The notes under the pieces are model-generated. The model ran no database searches, had not been told where the DNA came from, and saw nothing but the letters and a program-made list of their open reading frames with translations. The position numbers and the translations under genes were made by a program. This document shows positions 8,571-19,096 of a stretch of DNA of 64,000 bases, piece by piece (within the stretch, counting starts at the first letter, position 1; each line of letters starts with the position of its first letter). The stretch comes from a virus (lineage: Duplodnaviria; Heunggongvirae; Uroviricota; Caudoviricetes): the IMG/VR virus record IMGVR_UViG_3300025133_000025; one strand, given 5' to 3'.

Positions 8571-9806
8571 TTAACTAGTTGCTTCCATAAGATTTTTACC
8601 GCTTGTAATACTCACATGGAACTTACCCAAATCTGGTAAAATATTCCGCATGATTTGGGCAATGTCACCCCGCTCTGTATTTGGCGCTTGATCAACAATA
8701 ATCGCGTCGTGAAGAAACATAACAACCTTCCGCTCAGTATCCTGTATTAGATTTTCATATACAGCGCGATATGCTAGACTACAAATATCAGCTGTGTTTG
8801 ATGCTATGTAATTCTGATAAGCATTTCGTTGCTTGTCAACGTGGACTGGTCGCCCAAACCAGTTGAAAACTACACCCTCATTGTCAACAAACTCGTTTTC
8901 GAGCTCTCGTCGACGTGTTGCAATACCTGGAAATGCGGCGCTAAACATGGTAATGTACTCTTCGACCCTGGATTGTGGCACCCCAAACTTCTTACTTGCA
9001 GTCGACATTGCCATTCCATACAACCTGCCAAGCGCAAGCACTTTGATATTGTCGCGGCGCATCGGCAGTCCTGTCATTTCTTTAATTTGTGTGTACAGGT
9101 CTTCTACCATCGCAACCTTTGAATAGCCTGCATCAAAAAGTGCGATGCGAAAATCAATTGCTTTGAAATCGTAGTGAACTAATTCACCCTCATCAAATCT
9201 ACTAACAAACTTGCTACGTTCAGGCTTTCTAATATTCAGGATGTTTGTTCCTCTAACTACAGACAGGCGCCCAAGGCGTGTTGATGCAGGTGACATTTCA
9301 ATCTTTTCAGCTCCTGTGGTTGTTGAAACTGGCTGCTTTGCCATCTCAATTAATACACTGTCAAGCGGAATGATCATCTCATTATAGAAAGCTAAATGCT
9401 CATCAAAGAAAGAAAGAAGAATTGCCTTATCAAGAATGTCTCTTGTCAAAGCAGTACGAGCTTGCAGGTAACTTTCTACAGTGTGCTGCGGAAATAGCTC
9501 ATCAACCTTGTAATTCTGGATTGGTATGCCAGCATGAACGTGGGCACGTATTCCAGACTCGAAAAGTTGGACCAGCATGCTGTTTCTGCTTGTCAACTTG
9601 ACACTACCAATATCCACACCAACACCTAAAAGCTTAATGAGATAGTGAATATTCACACTTTTTTGAGTGCCTAGCGTCTCGCGATTGTGTGTAACGAATA
9701 TGCTGTCAGACGCATGCATCACTTCGCGTAGATCTATTGTGCTAAGAAAACCATAACCCTCACAGAAAGCAGAGCTTCCGAGAACCGTATAAACACAATA
9801 TTCCAT
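8571..9806 (-). CDS. DNA polymerase family A (PolA) polymerase domain without exonuclease domains
   Basis: STRLGRLS, motif A DFKAIDFRI, motif B RDNIKVLALGRLYG, N...ASNTADI, motif C FLHDAIIVD. Confidence 0.8.
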   Translation of the reverse strand: MEYCVYTVLGSSAFCEGYGFLSTIDLREVMHASDSIFVTHNRETLGTQKSVNIHYLIKLLGVGVDIGSVKLTSRNSMLVQLFESGIRAHVHAGIPIQNYKVDELFPQHTVESYLQARTALTRDILDKAILLSFFDEHLAFYNEMIIPLDSVLIEMAKQPVSTTTGAEKIEMSPASTRLGRLSVVRGTNILNIRKPERSKFVSRFDEGELVHYDFKAIDFRIALFDAGYSKVAMVEDLYTQIKEMTGLPMRRDNIKVLALGRLYGMAMSTASKKFGVPQSRVEEYITMFSAAFPGIATRRRELENEFVDNEGVVFNWFGRPVHVDKQRNAYQNYIASNTADICSLAYRAVYENLIQDTERKVVMFLHDAIIVDQAPNTERGDIAQIMRNILPDLGKFHVSITSGKNLMEATS

Positions 9807-9871
9807 GTAAGTTCATTATATCTCTTGGCCGGATTTTATGAATTTACTTAGTTTTAAACAAGCTAAAGTGA

Positions 9872-12007
9872 TTAGCGACGGCGGATGACCGAGGGCGGTG
9901 GGCCTTCCTGACGAAGGCTTTCTATGCGCGCGCGCCGTTGTTCATCTTGCTTTTTACTACGTTGCTCAAGAATCTTCTCAGCCTCAGCATCAATAGTATC
10001 ATTTCGTAGACCAACAACCTTGGATGGCTGCGCTGTCAAGTGTAAATAGCGAATATGGATATTTGTTGTAAATTCACCGGCGCCGAGTCGATGTTCAATT
10101 GCAATTGTTTGATAGAGACCATCCCAGAATCCTGAATTTAGATCCATTGCAATCACCTGATAAATTGGAATGTGGGGAACTCCAAGAAGATCGATTTCAC
10201 CTTCAAATTGTAGCCTGGCAAGATCGGGCTCATGCGCTCTATATGCTACGCTCCCTGCGGGAACGCCGATGGCAGATTGCAACTGTGATGAGCTTTTACC
10301 TGCCATTGTTTCAGCAACAATAATATCCTGCAGTCCAGGATCATTGATAAGCGCCATGTTCATTGTTCTTATTGGTGAACATGCACGGCCGTATGCAAGT
10401 GATGGAACTTGTGTCTTCTGCAGTTCAAGCTTCTGTGTGGGTGTCAAACCGCCGTAATATTCTGCAAGCGGAATATTGGCAGCTCTATCGATAAAGAACA
10501 TCGCAGATAGCTTTCGTTTCCCAACTGTGATTGTCCTTGTAAAGACATGCGGCTGTGGGCGAACAAACGCAGTTGGTGTGTTGGTCACATAATGATCGTA
10601 GTTTGCAACATGATTTGCCATAATCCATGAAAAGAAACCAGATGTTGTTACACCTGTTTTTGTGTTCTTAACATCCAACAGCCACGCTTTTATGTCGTCA
10701 GTGAAAATTGGAAAGTTGAGCATGCTATGACCAGCATATGCGCCTGCCCTCTCATTGAAATTACTGACAATAACTGTGTCAAGCACCGGCACATCATTCT
10801 GAATCAGATCCCTTACAACAAACTCATTGATCAGCGCGCCGAGTGTAACTGCCCTGATTGGTGTCTTTACGCCAACTTTACTCTGGATGCGTGACATCAG
10901 AGGAGAAGCGAATGTATATTGATTTAGAGCATTGTTTGTTGAGATTTCATCAATACGCTTAATACACAAATCAATATTATGCCTGTAAGCAGTTGATAGA
11001 TCGTCAGGTTCGTCTTCTTCATCCTTAGTGAAGACTGACGCAAATGTTTTACTGTCAAGTATATCAGCTGATTCAGCTGACTCTCTAAAGCTTGCAAGGC
11101 CTCTCTCATCAATCTTTGCATCTGCAAGCTGCTGCCTTTCAAGGCGTGCTTGGTAAATGTTAAAGACTCGCGTGAACCTTTTCCCTGCTGCATCCCTATT
11201 TGTATACGCACCAAGTTGAGCATAAACATAGACACCGACACCCTGCTGCAACGCACGAAACTTTATTGTTGCAACACCAACTTCATCGATTCTAATTGTG
11301 TAGTCATGGTTCTGAAACTTCAACTCCTCAATATAGTCTTTGCCACCAAGGTTTCGCCATCCAAAGCGCAAAAGCATTGGAACGCCGAGTGCAAAAAGGT
11401 GGCGGTATGGCTGTAGTTGTATTGCACTAACGTCAAAGAACTTTAGTGTATATTCAATGTGTGCGATTCCGAGATCATTGAAGGGTCCAGTGAGGTGACC
11501 TTCATCATATTGAATCGTGACGTCTTCAATTGCAACCTCAGGCCTATCAGCAAAGGCGCGGTTCGGGCGTGGGTTCTTTGCATGATCGATTGTTGTTTCA
11601 TGAAACTTTGCATTTAAGTCAAGTTCAACAACAACCCTTGGCTCTTCCTTAAATCCGTCTAAGAAATGAATCGCAATATAGGGCTGTGCTTGTGCATAAT
11701 CAATTGTCTGTATGCATTTTTCTCCGTCTGGAAACGGGTTCAGACCAAACATAGTAAAAACAGAATCAATTGTCTCAGGATCAAAAACAAATGGTGAGTG
11801 AGATACTCTATCAAGCTTTCTTGATACTTTCAGTTTCTTTATTGAACCTTCAAGAATGTCATGGACATCTGCAGCTGCTTTTGCATCTGCTGTCGGTGGA
11901 GACATAACAATAATTGGTGGAAGTGTTTCATCACTTGTCACAAGATTATCTGGATATTCTCTTGTTCTAAGACGTTGGAAATATTTGTTCAGCTCATTTA
12001 CTGCCAC
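9872..12007 (-). CDS. Putative baseplate hub / tail protein (gp27/gpD-like)
   Basis: Follows the LysM and tube-initiator genes; C-terminal GEIDLLGVP...GLYQTIAIEHRLGAGEFTT is typical of hub proteins. Confidence 0.55.
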   Translation of the reverse strand: MAVNELNKYFQRLRTREYPDNLVTSDETLPPIIVMSPPTADAKAAADVHDILEGSIKKLKVSRKLDRVSHSPFVFDPETIDSVFTMFGLNPFPDGEKCIQTIDYAQAQPYIAIHFLDGFKEEPRVVVELDLNAKFHETTIDHAKNPRPNRAFADRPEVAIEDVTIQYDEGHLTGPFNDLGIAHIEYTLKFFDVSAIQLQPYRHLFALGVPMLLRFGWRNLGGKDYIEELKFQNHDYTIRIDEVGVATIKFRALQQGVGVYVYAQLGAYTNRDAAGKRFTRVFNIYQARLERQQLADAKIDERGLASFRESAESADILDSKTFASVFTKDEEDEPDDLSTAYRHNIDLCIKRIDEISTNNALNQYTFASPLMSRIQSKVGVKTPIRAVTLGALINEFVVRDLIQNDVPVLDTVIVSNFNERAGAYAGHSMLNFPIFTDDIKAWLLDVKNTKTGVTTSGFFSWIMANHVANYDHYVTNTPTAFVRPQPHVFTRTITVGKRKLSAMFFIDRAANIPLAEYYGGLTPTQKLELQKTQVPSLAYGRACSPIRTMNMALINDPGLQDIIVAETMAGKSSSQLQSAIGVPAGSVAYRAHEPDLARLQFEGEIDLLGVPHIPIYQVIAMDLNSGFWDGLYQTIAIEHRLGAGEFTTNIHIRYLHLTAQPSKVVGLRNDTIDAEAEKILEQRSKKQDEQRRARIESLRQEGPPPSVIRRR

Positions 12008-12008
12008 A

Positions 12009-12257
12009 CTACACCTCTACTGGAATTATAAGTGTTCCATTTTCCCAGGCATCAAAGAAATATCCGATCCCATTTAAGTCAGCAATTACCCACCATAGTC
12101 GAGCGTCTCCAAGATACTCGGCAGCAAGATCTGTTAGGCGAGTCTCTTCTGTTACTTCAACTGTAAATGTAGTTGTGGCACGCACGCCATGATCAATTAC
12201 ATCTTGTGTTTCAATGAATGTGCCCTGCACAGTTCCAAGATCATCGTATCGTCCCAT
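12009..12257 (-). CDS. LysM-like baseplate/tail protein (gpX/gp53-like)
   Basis: RLTDLAAEYLGDARLWWVIADLNGI...LIIP. Confidence 0.8.
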   Translation of the reverse strand: MGRYDDLGTVQGTFIETQDVIDHGVRATTTFTVEVTEETRLTDLAAEYLGDARLWWVIADLNGIGYFFDAWENGTLIIPVEV

Positions 12258-13909
12258 TATTTTACCTTGTCCAGCTTCTTATAGTCTTGCCAGCGTGTGT
12301 AGAATAGCATCCCGGATGTATCACCTTCGCCGTGGTTTGGATTCCAACCATATGGAGTCTCATCATGCACAACTTCAAAATTAAAACTAATGTCAATATG
12401 ATAACTGACGAAGTTTGCTTTCTTCTCGCGCTCTGCTGGATCATATAAGACTTGTAGTTTTTGTTCGTTTGTTCCAATGTGATAGTCAATACTGGCATTG
12501 GTAATATATCCGCCTAAACCAGCATCACGATTTAAATTTGAATCATGAAGACTAACACCAAGACTATCAACCCCAAGATTGCGGCGTGCTGCGGCGCCGG
12601 CTGCGCTTTTACCTTTTGCATCACCTGTGTTTCCTGCACGCTTAATCATATTACCAATTCGCATACGAATAAGGGGAGCCTTATGAATAATCAAAGAAGT
12701 ACTTAGTGTCTCAAGGCCAGACGCAATTCGCGAGCGCGCTTCAGTTTCAAACTCAGAAGCAACTTCAACTATTTCTTCAAGCTCAGTAATTAAGCGTTGC
12801 CCTTCAACTGTTGTGCGAGGGTTAACAATTTCAGCGCCTGGGATGCCAAAATATTTTCCGTCTGCTGCAAATACAGGATCAGCTTCAGTTCGCAGTAGTA
12901 AGCCTGGTATATTTTTGCCATCGCGGGTAATTGTAATCTCTTCGGCAGCACTTAGCTGACCCAACGAACCCTCTGCACCAATTCTTTTTTCACGAGCGAA
13001 CTTAAAGTTTCTATCATCATTTAGCTGCTGCTCAAAATCTGTTGCAGATTTAACTTTCTCTTTTCTAAATGAGGGATAAAGCAACCAGATAAATGCTTCA
13101 AGTTTCTGATAGAGGACATTAACTTGATCAATTCCCGACATTGTTCCATCATCAACTGCGATAAGCTTAAAACCGACTGTGATTGAACGATTTGTTCCAC
13201 GATAGATTGGGACCTGCTGCACCCTACCGTAATATGTCTCGGAGTTCCACTCTACATCGTAATTTTCAGCAAGATCTGTTAGAGTAGCTGGAAACCTAAT
13301 GATTCTATTGGTCCTACGAAAGTCTGAAAAGTAAAACGGAAACATATCATAATCTCCGTTTGCACCGTCAGCAGTGTCTATTGGATTTCCGTCAGTTCCA
13401 ACTGGTGTTACAACCAATCCTATATATGGATTTTCACCAACTGCTGCTTTGCTGTTGTTTGCACTGGGATCAACACCACCTACATAGCTGCTGCGGTGTG
13501 CAAATTGTGCAGGTACTTCCCTACTAATGTCGACAGGATCCTCAAACAGCTCTGACTCGCTGTTTGCAGGTTGTGTATTTCTATCTTCAATACCCTGGCC
13601 GACGTCAGCAAAGCGACTCGGTGTTGCGCCTGGATTTTTCATTCGATTAACGAGCGCTGCATATGGCTCGCCCTTAAATGGGCTCAACCCAGAAAGATTT
13701 TTAATACGCTTGCTAACTGGGCGCGGCCGATCATTGGCAGCTTTTGTTGGCGAATTATCATGCTTTGGTGCGTGAGGCGGAGCAGGAGTTGAACTTGGAC
13801 GTGCAGTACCTGACGGCCTTCTAGGATTTGGCGTCAGCGGCAAACTTCGTGGTGCACGGGGCCCTGGTGGGAAAAAAGGATCGTGTGGATTTAGTGGATC
13901 TTGTGCCAT
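12257..13909 (-). CDS. Tail tube initiator / baseplate protein
   Basis: FPATLTDLAENYDVEWNSETYYGRVQQVPIYRGTNRSITVGFKL; located between tape measure and LysM genes; Pro-rich N-terminus. Confidence 0.6.
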   Translation of the reverse strand: MAQDPLNPHDPFFPPGPRAPRSLPLTPNPRRPSGTARPSSTPAPPHAPKHDNSPTKAANDRPRPVSKRIKNLSGLSPFKGEPYAALVNRMKNPGATPSRFADVGQGIEDRNTQPANSESELFEDPVDISREVPAQFAHRSSYVGGVDPSANNSKAAVGENPYIGLVVTPVGTDGNPIDTADGANGDYDMFPFYFSDFRRTNRIIRFPATLTDLAENYDVEWNSETYYGRVQQVPIYRGTNRSITVGFKLIAVDDGTMSGIDQVNVLYQKLEAFIWLLYPSFRKEKVKSATDFEQQLNDDRNFKFAREKRIGAEGSLGQLSAAEEITITRDGKNIPGLLLRTEADPVFAADGKYFGIPGAEIVNPRTTVEGQRLITELEEIVEVASEFETEARSRIASGLETLSTSLIIHKAPLIRMRIGNMIKRAGNTGDAKGKSAAGAAARRNLGVDSLGVSLHDSNLNRDAGLGGYITNASIDYHIGTNEQKLQVLYDPAEREKKANFVSYHIDISFNFEVVHDETPYGWNPNHGEGDTSGMLFYTRWQDYKKLDKVK

Positions 13910-13911
13910 GC

Positions 13912-16233
13912 TTACATCCTAGTTGCAAGACCCTCACCTAGGCCGCGTCGGCCTGCAGGTTTAAGGTCTTTTGTATTAACAACGTTGACGAAAACTGGAT
14001 CTGTTCGTTTACCAGTTGGGCCAGATGCGTAATTTCTACTCGATGTTGGCTGGTGCGCCCGTTGCGTTATTCTATTAAGTGATCCCTCAACTCTACGTAA
14101 ATCAACACGTGCCAGGGCTTGCATTTCTGCCTTAAGCTCTGATATGCTCTCAATTGTATCCGCAAATCTTGGGCCAGAAATTGCTGTGATTTTTCCAATT
14201 CCTGCTGCAGCATGCTCAATTCCTGAGCCGGCAAGCTTAAAGGCTAGACCCACTGCAAGCGCCACACCTGCAAGTGCGCCTAAGAATGCTACAAGTGTCA
14301 TTCCGGCAGTAGCTCCTGGTGGACTTGCAATTGATGCGCCAATTGCAAGGGCTGCATACGTAAATGCGGTCATACCTACTGCAGCCGCAAAGAATGCGCT
14401 CGGCGAGGCGGCAACTTGTTCAGTCAAGAATCCCATGCCAACTGCAAGTACGCCAACTGCTGCAGTAACTGCTGCAAGCTGGAAACCACCAACCTTCAGT
14501 GAAGCCATGAGTTGACTAAACGTTGCCATTGCAGCTGTTGTAGCACCGCCAATGGCAGCCCCTACAGAAGAAGCAGCAGCAGCAACACCAGTAAATGCTT
14601 TACCAAGCAGGATTGATTTTGCAACCAAGAATGCAACCGGGCCTGCAATGAAACCAACTACAACACCGAGGCCTTGTAAGAATCCATCAACATCAGATCC
14701 CATAAGACCAGCAACTTGCTTAATGACGAACGCAAGTATAAACCCAAATGTGTTTAAGCCAAGGGCGACGCCGCGAATGAATGGCTGCATCGACATGAAT
14801 ATGTTTGTCATATTCTTAATCAGCGGCATCATTGTTGTCATTGCCTCGCGGCTTAAATCAGCCATAGAAGCTTGATTTTCCATGTCAGACGTAACTTGAG
14901 AGAATGCTGTATGTAAATTATCTGAAGAGATAAAGAGTTGTACCTGGGCATCATCCAAATTAAGCGCGTTGGCAAGGAACGCCTTCTGCTGCTTATTCAG
15001 ATTGTTGAAATCGCCTGTTGCTCCTGCGAGCTCTTCCTGGAGTGTAGCAAAGATTGTTGCAGGCTCTTGCTCAGCAAACATACCAAACGCGTCGAGGCTT
15101 GTTCCGAATGCTGCGTTCAGTTTTGCAGTTGTTTCAATTGCCCCCTGAATTGACGTGAATTTATCAGCAACATCAAAGACAGTTCCCATGCTCAAGCCTG
15201 TTTCCTTCGCGGCCATTGCAATCTTGGTAAGTGCGAATGTAGTTTTGATGCCGAAACGCGAGATCATGGCTGCATTTTCATGCATATCGTTGATCAACTG
15301 CGCCGACACAAGACCAGACGCGTCGGCGACGTTGATCAACTCGAGGTAGAAGTTCTTTGCACCCTTAGTCGTCATTCCATAGCCTTGTGTTAGAATACGG
15401 AAGTAACCAGCAGATGCACCCGCCTCTGCGCCGAATCGTTGCTGCAGGGTGAGGATAAGCTCAAGCTCTGTTGAGTTTTCGTCGAATTGCCCACGGAGGA
15501 GGCCGAACTCGCCGCGCAAACCAATCAAAGCCTTTTGCACATCGAGCGTGTCAGCACCGAACTTTGTTGCAAACTTAGTTGTTGAGCGGCCAAGCATATC
15601 AAGATGTGCCTGGCCTTCGCCAAAGACGCCGACTGTCTGCAAGAATTCAGAGCGAACAGGATAGAAATCAAGTGTGACAAGCTTATTTGCCCAATTGTTC
15701 AATGCCTCAAGACTATTAACGAAGACAGAGCCTCCCTCTGTCATTTGCTTCTTTAGTGCTGCGGCCTTCTGGATTGCTGTAGTTGTTGCCTCATTATAAT
15801 TGACGATCTCATTGACAAGTTCAATGAATGAGAACTTGTTCTGCTTGATTGTCCTTTCAAGCTCTTCGCCTTTTCGATTTAAATCGCCAATAGCTTGTGC
15901 TGCAAAACCAGCAGCAGCAGCACCAGCTGATTTAGATTTTCCGATGCCATCAAGCATTTCTTCAGTAAATTTGCTGGCAGAGATTAATCCAGCTTCATAA
16001 GCCTCAATGAGCTTTGGAAGCACGTCCTTATACATTTCAACGAATTTATCACGATTGTTGTCAAGACTAGCTGACAAATCTTCATATTGCGCGGCCATTG
16101 CAGCAATGACCTCGTTGACATCGCCAACTTCAGGATCAAGTGCCTTTAGCGCCTTGAGGAACTTTTCAGAATTCGCAGCAGCATCAGACATCGCCTTTGC
16201 GAAGTCTATGACATTTTTCTCGGATGCACTCAC
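13912..16233 (-). CDS. Tape measure protein
   Basis: 773 aa, helical and Ala/Gly-rich with hydrophobic C-terminal stretches; directly after the tail chaperone. Confidence 0.8.
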   Translation of the reverse strand: MSASEKNVIDFAKAMSDAAANSEKFLKALKALDPEVGDVNEVIAAMAAQYEDLSASLDNNRDKFVEMYKDVLPKLIEAYEAGLISASKFTEEMLDGIGKSKSAGAAAAGFAAQAIGDLNRKGEELERTIKQNKFSFIELVNEIVNYNEATTTAIQKAAALKKQMTEGGSVFVNSLEALNNWANKLVTLDFYPVRSEFLQTVGVFGEGQAHLDMLGRSTTKFATKFGADTLDVQKALIGLRGEFGLLRGQFDENSTELELILTLQQRFGAEAGASAGYFRILTQGYGMTTKGAKNFYLELINVADASGLVSAQLINDMHENAAMISRFGIKTTFALTKIAMAAKETGLSMGTVFDVADKFTSIQGAIETTAKLNAAFGTSLDAFGMFAEQEPATIFATLQEELAGATGDFNNLNKQQKAFLANALNLDDAQVQLFISSDNLHTAFSQVTSDMENQASMADLSREAMTTMMPLIKNMTNIFMSMQPFIRGVALGLNTFGFILAFVIKQVAGLMGSDVDGFLQGLGVVVGFIAGPVAFLVAKSILLGKAFTGVAAAASSVGAAIGGATTAAMATFSQLMASLKVGGFQLAAVTAAVGVLAVGMGFLTEQVAASPSAFFAAAVGMTAFTYAALAIGASIASPPGATAGMTLVAFLGALAGVALAVGLAFKLAGSGIEHAAAGIGKITAISGPRFADTIESISELKAEMQALARVDLRRVEGSLNRITQRAHQPTSSRNYASGPTGKRTDPVFVNVVNTKDLKPAGRRGLGEGLATRM

Positions 16234-16392
16234 TTCTTATTCGACTCCTCAATTTCCTGAATTAAGCGTTCGTGGAACCAACGCCTTTCAGGCAGCTTCA
16301 TCAAATAAATATCAGATCGCGCGAATCCGCCGTGCTTTACGAGTCTATAAATTAGTTCTAGTTGATCAGCTTTCGAAGGATGGCCAAAAAAA
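16230..16392 (-). CDS. Frameshift extension of the tail assembly chaperone (G-T-like)
   Basis: +1 frame entered at the T7 run (A7 at 16386-16392): FFGHPSKADQLELIYRLVKHGGFARSDIYLMKLPERRWFHERLIQEIEESNKK; no SD-supported start of its own. Confidence 0.6.
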
Positions 16393-17208
16393 CTTCGCTG
16401 ACAGCGGGATCTCCAATTCTGCCTCATGATCGCAGAACTTGCAGACTACAGGCTGCACAAGCTCAAGCTTTGGCTCAACATCTTTAATTGCTGCCCGAAG
16501 CGCAGCACCATCTGCAGCAGGCATCGCATTTAGAAATCTCTTGATTTCCGCTCGATTTTCGGTCTGGCCCTTAGGGGTGGCGACAGATATGATCGCCTGC
16601 ATGAGACGACGTGTCATTGTGTCCCCACGTGTCATTCCCATACGCTTTTTGGTTTTAGCCGCCTTGATTAATGCATTTTCATCTGCACCAGTTGCAAGCT
16701 TAAACGTGACATCGAAGCCAGTCTTGGGTAATTTGCAACTAAAAGCATTCTCACCCAACCTAATAACATCACCCTTGTCAAGCTCTTTAATTGGTAAGTT
16801 GTTCATACTGAACAGCTCATCGAATTCTTCATCACAACTTGGACATGTTACAGTCGCTTCGTACTCTGACCCGTAGCCCGAGATGCGGATGGCCACAGCA
16901 ATCGCGTTCCTGTCAGCCGCTAACAGCGTGTCGGTGTCAACATGGATCATTAGGCACGCTTTGATTAATTCGTCAAGCGCGCGCCCAGCCTTAACAAGCG
17001 CTGCAGAGTAAAGAATGTCCTCCTCAGCAGTAGTCATACACTTGATGTCTACCTCACGCAATTGATAAAAAGGATGGTCTTCTGGGTAAACTAAACCACG
17101 CGAGGGCAGTGGGATTGTTTCGAATGGAATTGCAATATCAAGAACACCATTGAATTGTGATGGTGTTTCCTTAAGCTCAGGGGTGTCGATCCCCATTTGG
17201 TTACTCAT
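16366..17208 (-). CDS. Tail assembly chaperone / baseplate hub assembly protein (T4 gp26-like)
   Basis: IPLPSRGLVYP, MTTAEEDIL, DRNAIAVAIRISGYG, CPSC and CKFC Zn pairs, terminal FFWP. Confidence 0.75.
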   Translation of the reverse strand: MSNQMGIDTPELKETPSQFNGVLDIAIPFETIPLPSRGLVYPEDHPFYQLREVDIKCMTTAEEDILYSAALVKAGRALDELIKACLMIHVDTDTLLAADRNAIAVAIRISGYGSEYEATVTCPSCDEEFDELFSMNNLPIKELDKGDVIRLGENAFSCKLPKTGFDVTFKLATGADENALIKAAKTKKRMGMTRGDTMTRRLMQAIISVATPKGQTENRAEIKRFLNAMPAADGAALRAAIKDVEPKLELVQPVVCKFCDHEAELEIPLSAKFFWPSFES

Positions 17209-17852
17209 GCGTACCTCTTGTTACTTTCTTCAATTTGCTGAATTGCGTTGAAGTGGAGACCTACAATTCGCTCCACACCTTCCTCTGACATGAGGAATTT
17301 GCACTCAGCTGGATTTGTCATGAACAGATTCTCTGTTAGGATTGCTGGCATAACTGTTTTCTTAAGCACCCAGAAATTGGCTTCTTTGTCATTATCACCA
17401 TCTCTGGTATCTCTTCGCATTCTAAATTCAGGTAGTGACTCTTCTGCTGATTCATAAAAAACTTCAGCAATCTTGTCAGAGCGTGTTTCGCCTGGAGATG
17501 TATAAACTGACCAGCCGCCAGCGGATGGCTTTGAAAATGCGTCAGCATGAATTGAGATGAAGACTGGTTTGAGGCGACCTGACCTCTTCTGGCGCTCTCT
17601 ACGATATACGTCGTTTGCAAAATCAGTTCGTTCGCGAAGCGGAACATCTTGCTGGCCAAGTGTAGCAGAGGCCCATTGATAACCAGCTTCGTCAAGAAGC
17701 TCAATCAACCTGTCGAGAACCTTGCGGTTGAATTCACCTTCGAAAAGCTGGCTGCCATCTTCCCATACAGGAGACCGCTTGCCAGCAGTTTGATAAAGGC
17801 CATCAATGATGCCGCCGTGGCCAGCATCAAGAATCCAAAGATACTTACTCAT
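17205..17852 (-). CDS. N-acetylmuramoyl-L-alanine amidase (Amidase_3), probable endolysin
   Basis: ILDAGHGG, EGEFNR, ISIHADA, PAILTENLFMTN. Confidence 0.9.
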   Translation of the reverse strand: MSKYLWILDAGHGGIIDGLYQTAGKRSPVWEDGSQLFEGEFNRKVLDRLIELLDEAGYQWASATLGQQDVPLRERTDFANDVYRRERQKRSGRLKPVFISIHADAFSKPSAGGWSVYTSPGETRSDKIAEVFYESAEESLPEFRMRRDTRDGDNDKEANFWVLKKTVMPAILTENLFMTNPAECKFLMSEEGVERIVGLHFNAIQQIEESNKRYA

Positions 17853-18083
17853 TTAACAAATCAATTTCTGACTAAATGAATGCCTTGACGGCGTTAACCG
17901 TGGAAGTTCAGGTTCAGGAAATGGAAGTGTAGAATCTGTTCTACAATCGCGATGGGGTGTATGCTTTTCCATCACAAGATCAAGATGGTCCTTTAGAACT
18001 GTTACCTCATGCTCACTCAACGTGCGCTGGCCAGTAATCTCAAAGAAGCCTTTCAGCCAATATGTAAAATCTCTTGGAGTCAT
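17853..18083 (-). CDS. Small conserved-type phage hypothetical protein
   Basis: MTPRDFTYWLKGFFEI...IKDHL-type motif (LKDHLDLVM); SD GAGG upstream. Confidence 0.6.
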   Translation of the reverse strand: MTPRDFTYWLKGFFEITGQRTLSEHEVTVLKDHLDLVMEKHTPHRDCRTDSTLPFPEPELPRLTPSRHSFSQKLIC

Positions 18084-18184
18084 TTGTTTCTTTTCCTCAA
18101 TTCTTTATAAGTAGACAATGCTACAAGAATTATAGTAGTACTTTAATTGTATTACTGGGCAGCAGGAATTGGAAACGAAATCAG

Positions 18185-19096
18185 TTACCACTCTTTACGG
18201 AGGTGGCGCTGGAGATCACTCGGCAACTTGGTGGCAAATTTCTTAAGAATCCTAACAAATTGCTCAGGATCATCAAGCGGTTCATCTTTGACATCCATGA
18301 ATGAGGGTTGGGGCCCTGGATATCCAACATACTCAAGATAATCTTCATAATCAGGCCAGCGATCCTCATCATATTCAACTTGGCCTTTAAATTTGAGCCA
18401 ATTTGTCACATCAAAGTGTATCTGAACATCCTTCCTCGAATCCTGCTTATGCTTAAAGATGATAAGTGGGTCGTTTTTCTTGTGGTATTGATTATAATAC
18501 TTCTTCAGGCCCGGCGCTGCCGTGCACCACCTCGTACCCTTGCCAAGATAGCAGGCTGCTGCGTGTGTCTCAGGAATGAAGATCTTCCATTCGTCATCTT
18601 CACCAATAAGATTCATCCCAGCACTTGCATCACCTGCGATTGGGCGAGCAGCCATGTGCTCATGATATTCTTCTTCAGCATCATTGACAATTCTAATAAG
18701 CTCTCCAATACTGGGAATATCGTAAATGTTGTTTTTCTCTAGGATTACATCAACGCCTTGCGCTTTCATTTGATAGAAGATTTCAAGGTGCCCCAGAGCA
18801 TGAGGAAGACTCCTTTCCCAATTTCTGGCAGCTTTTACATCCTTGGTTGCGTGAACAAAACTACCAATTAACCAGTTCAGCGCTTCACCTCTATACTTGT
18901 CTTCAATATCGTGTGGGACTGCATCCTCAATCTCTTGTAGAAAATCCTGATAGAGGTTTTCATACGAACTATGTTCACCCGGCATTTGCTTCAAGCGCAT
19001 CACAGCATTCTTGAACTTTTTACTTTTAAACCGCTGCTCAACCTGACTATACGAAATCTCGTTGAGGAGCTGGAACATGGTTGGAAATGCTGTCAT
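18185..19096 (-). CDS. Leader-bearing protein with WCT-motif domain (paralog of 39000..39944)
   Basis: Start at ATG 19096 after AAAGG: MTAFPTMFQLLNE; core WKIFIPETHAAACYLGKGTRWCTAAPG. Confidence 0.7.
   Translation of the reverse strand: MTAFPTMFQLLNEISYSQVEQRFKSKKFKNAVMRLKQMPGEHSSYENLYQDFLQEIEDAVPHDIEDKYRGEALNWLIGSFVHATKDVKAARNWERSLPHALGHLEIFYQMKAQGVDVILEKNNIYDIPSIGELIRIVNDAEEEYHEHMAARPIAGDASAGMNLIGEDDEWKIFIPETHAAACYLGKGTRWCTAAPGLKKYYNQYHKKNDPLIIFKHKQDSRKDVQIHFDVTNWLKFKGQVEYDEDRWPDYEDYLEYVGYPGPQPSFMDVKDEPLDDPEQFVRILKKFATKLPSDLQRHLRKEW

Noticed and set aside
16230-16427. Independent gene starting MRQNWRS
   Set aside because: The ATG has no SD and lies inside the chaperone CDS; it is better explained as a frameshift extension.
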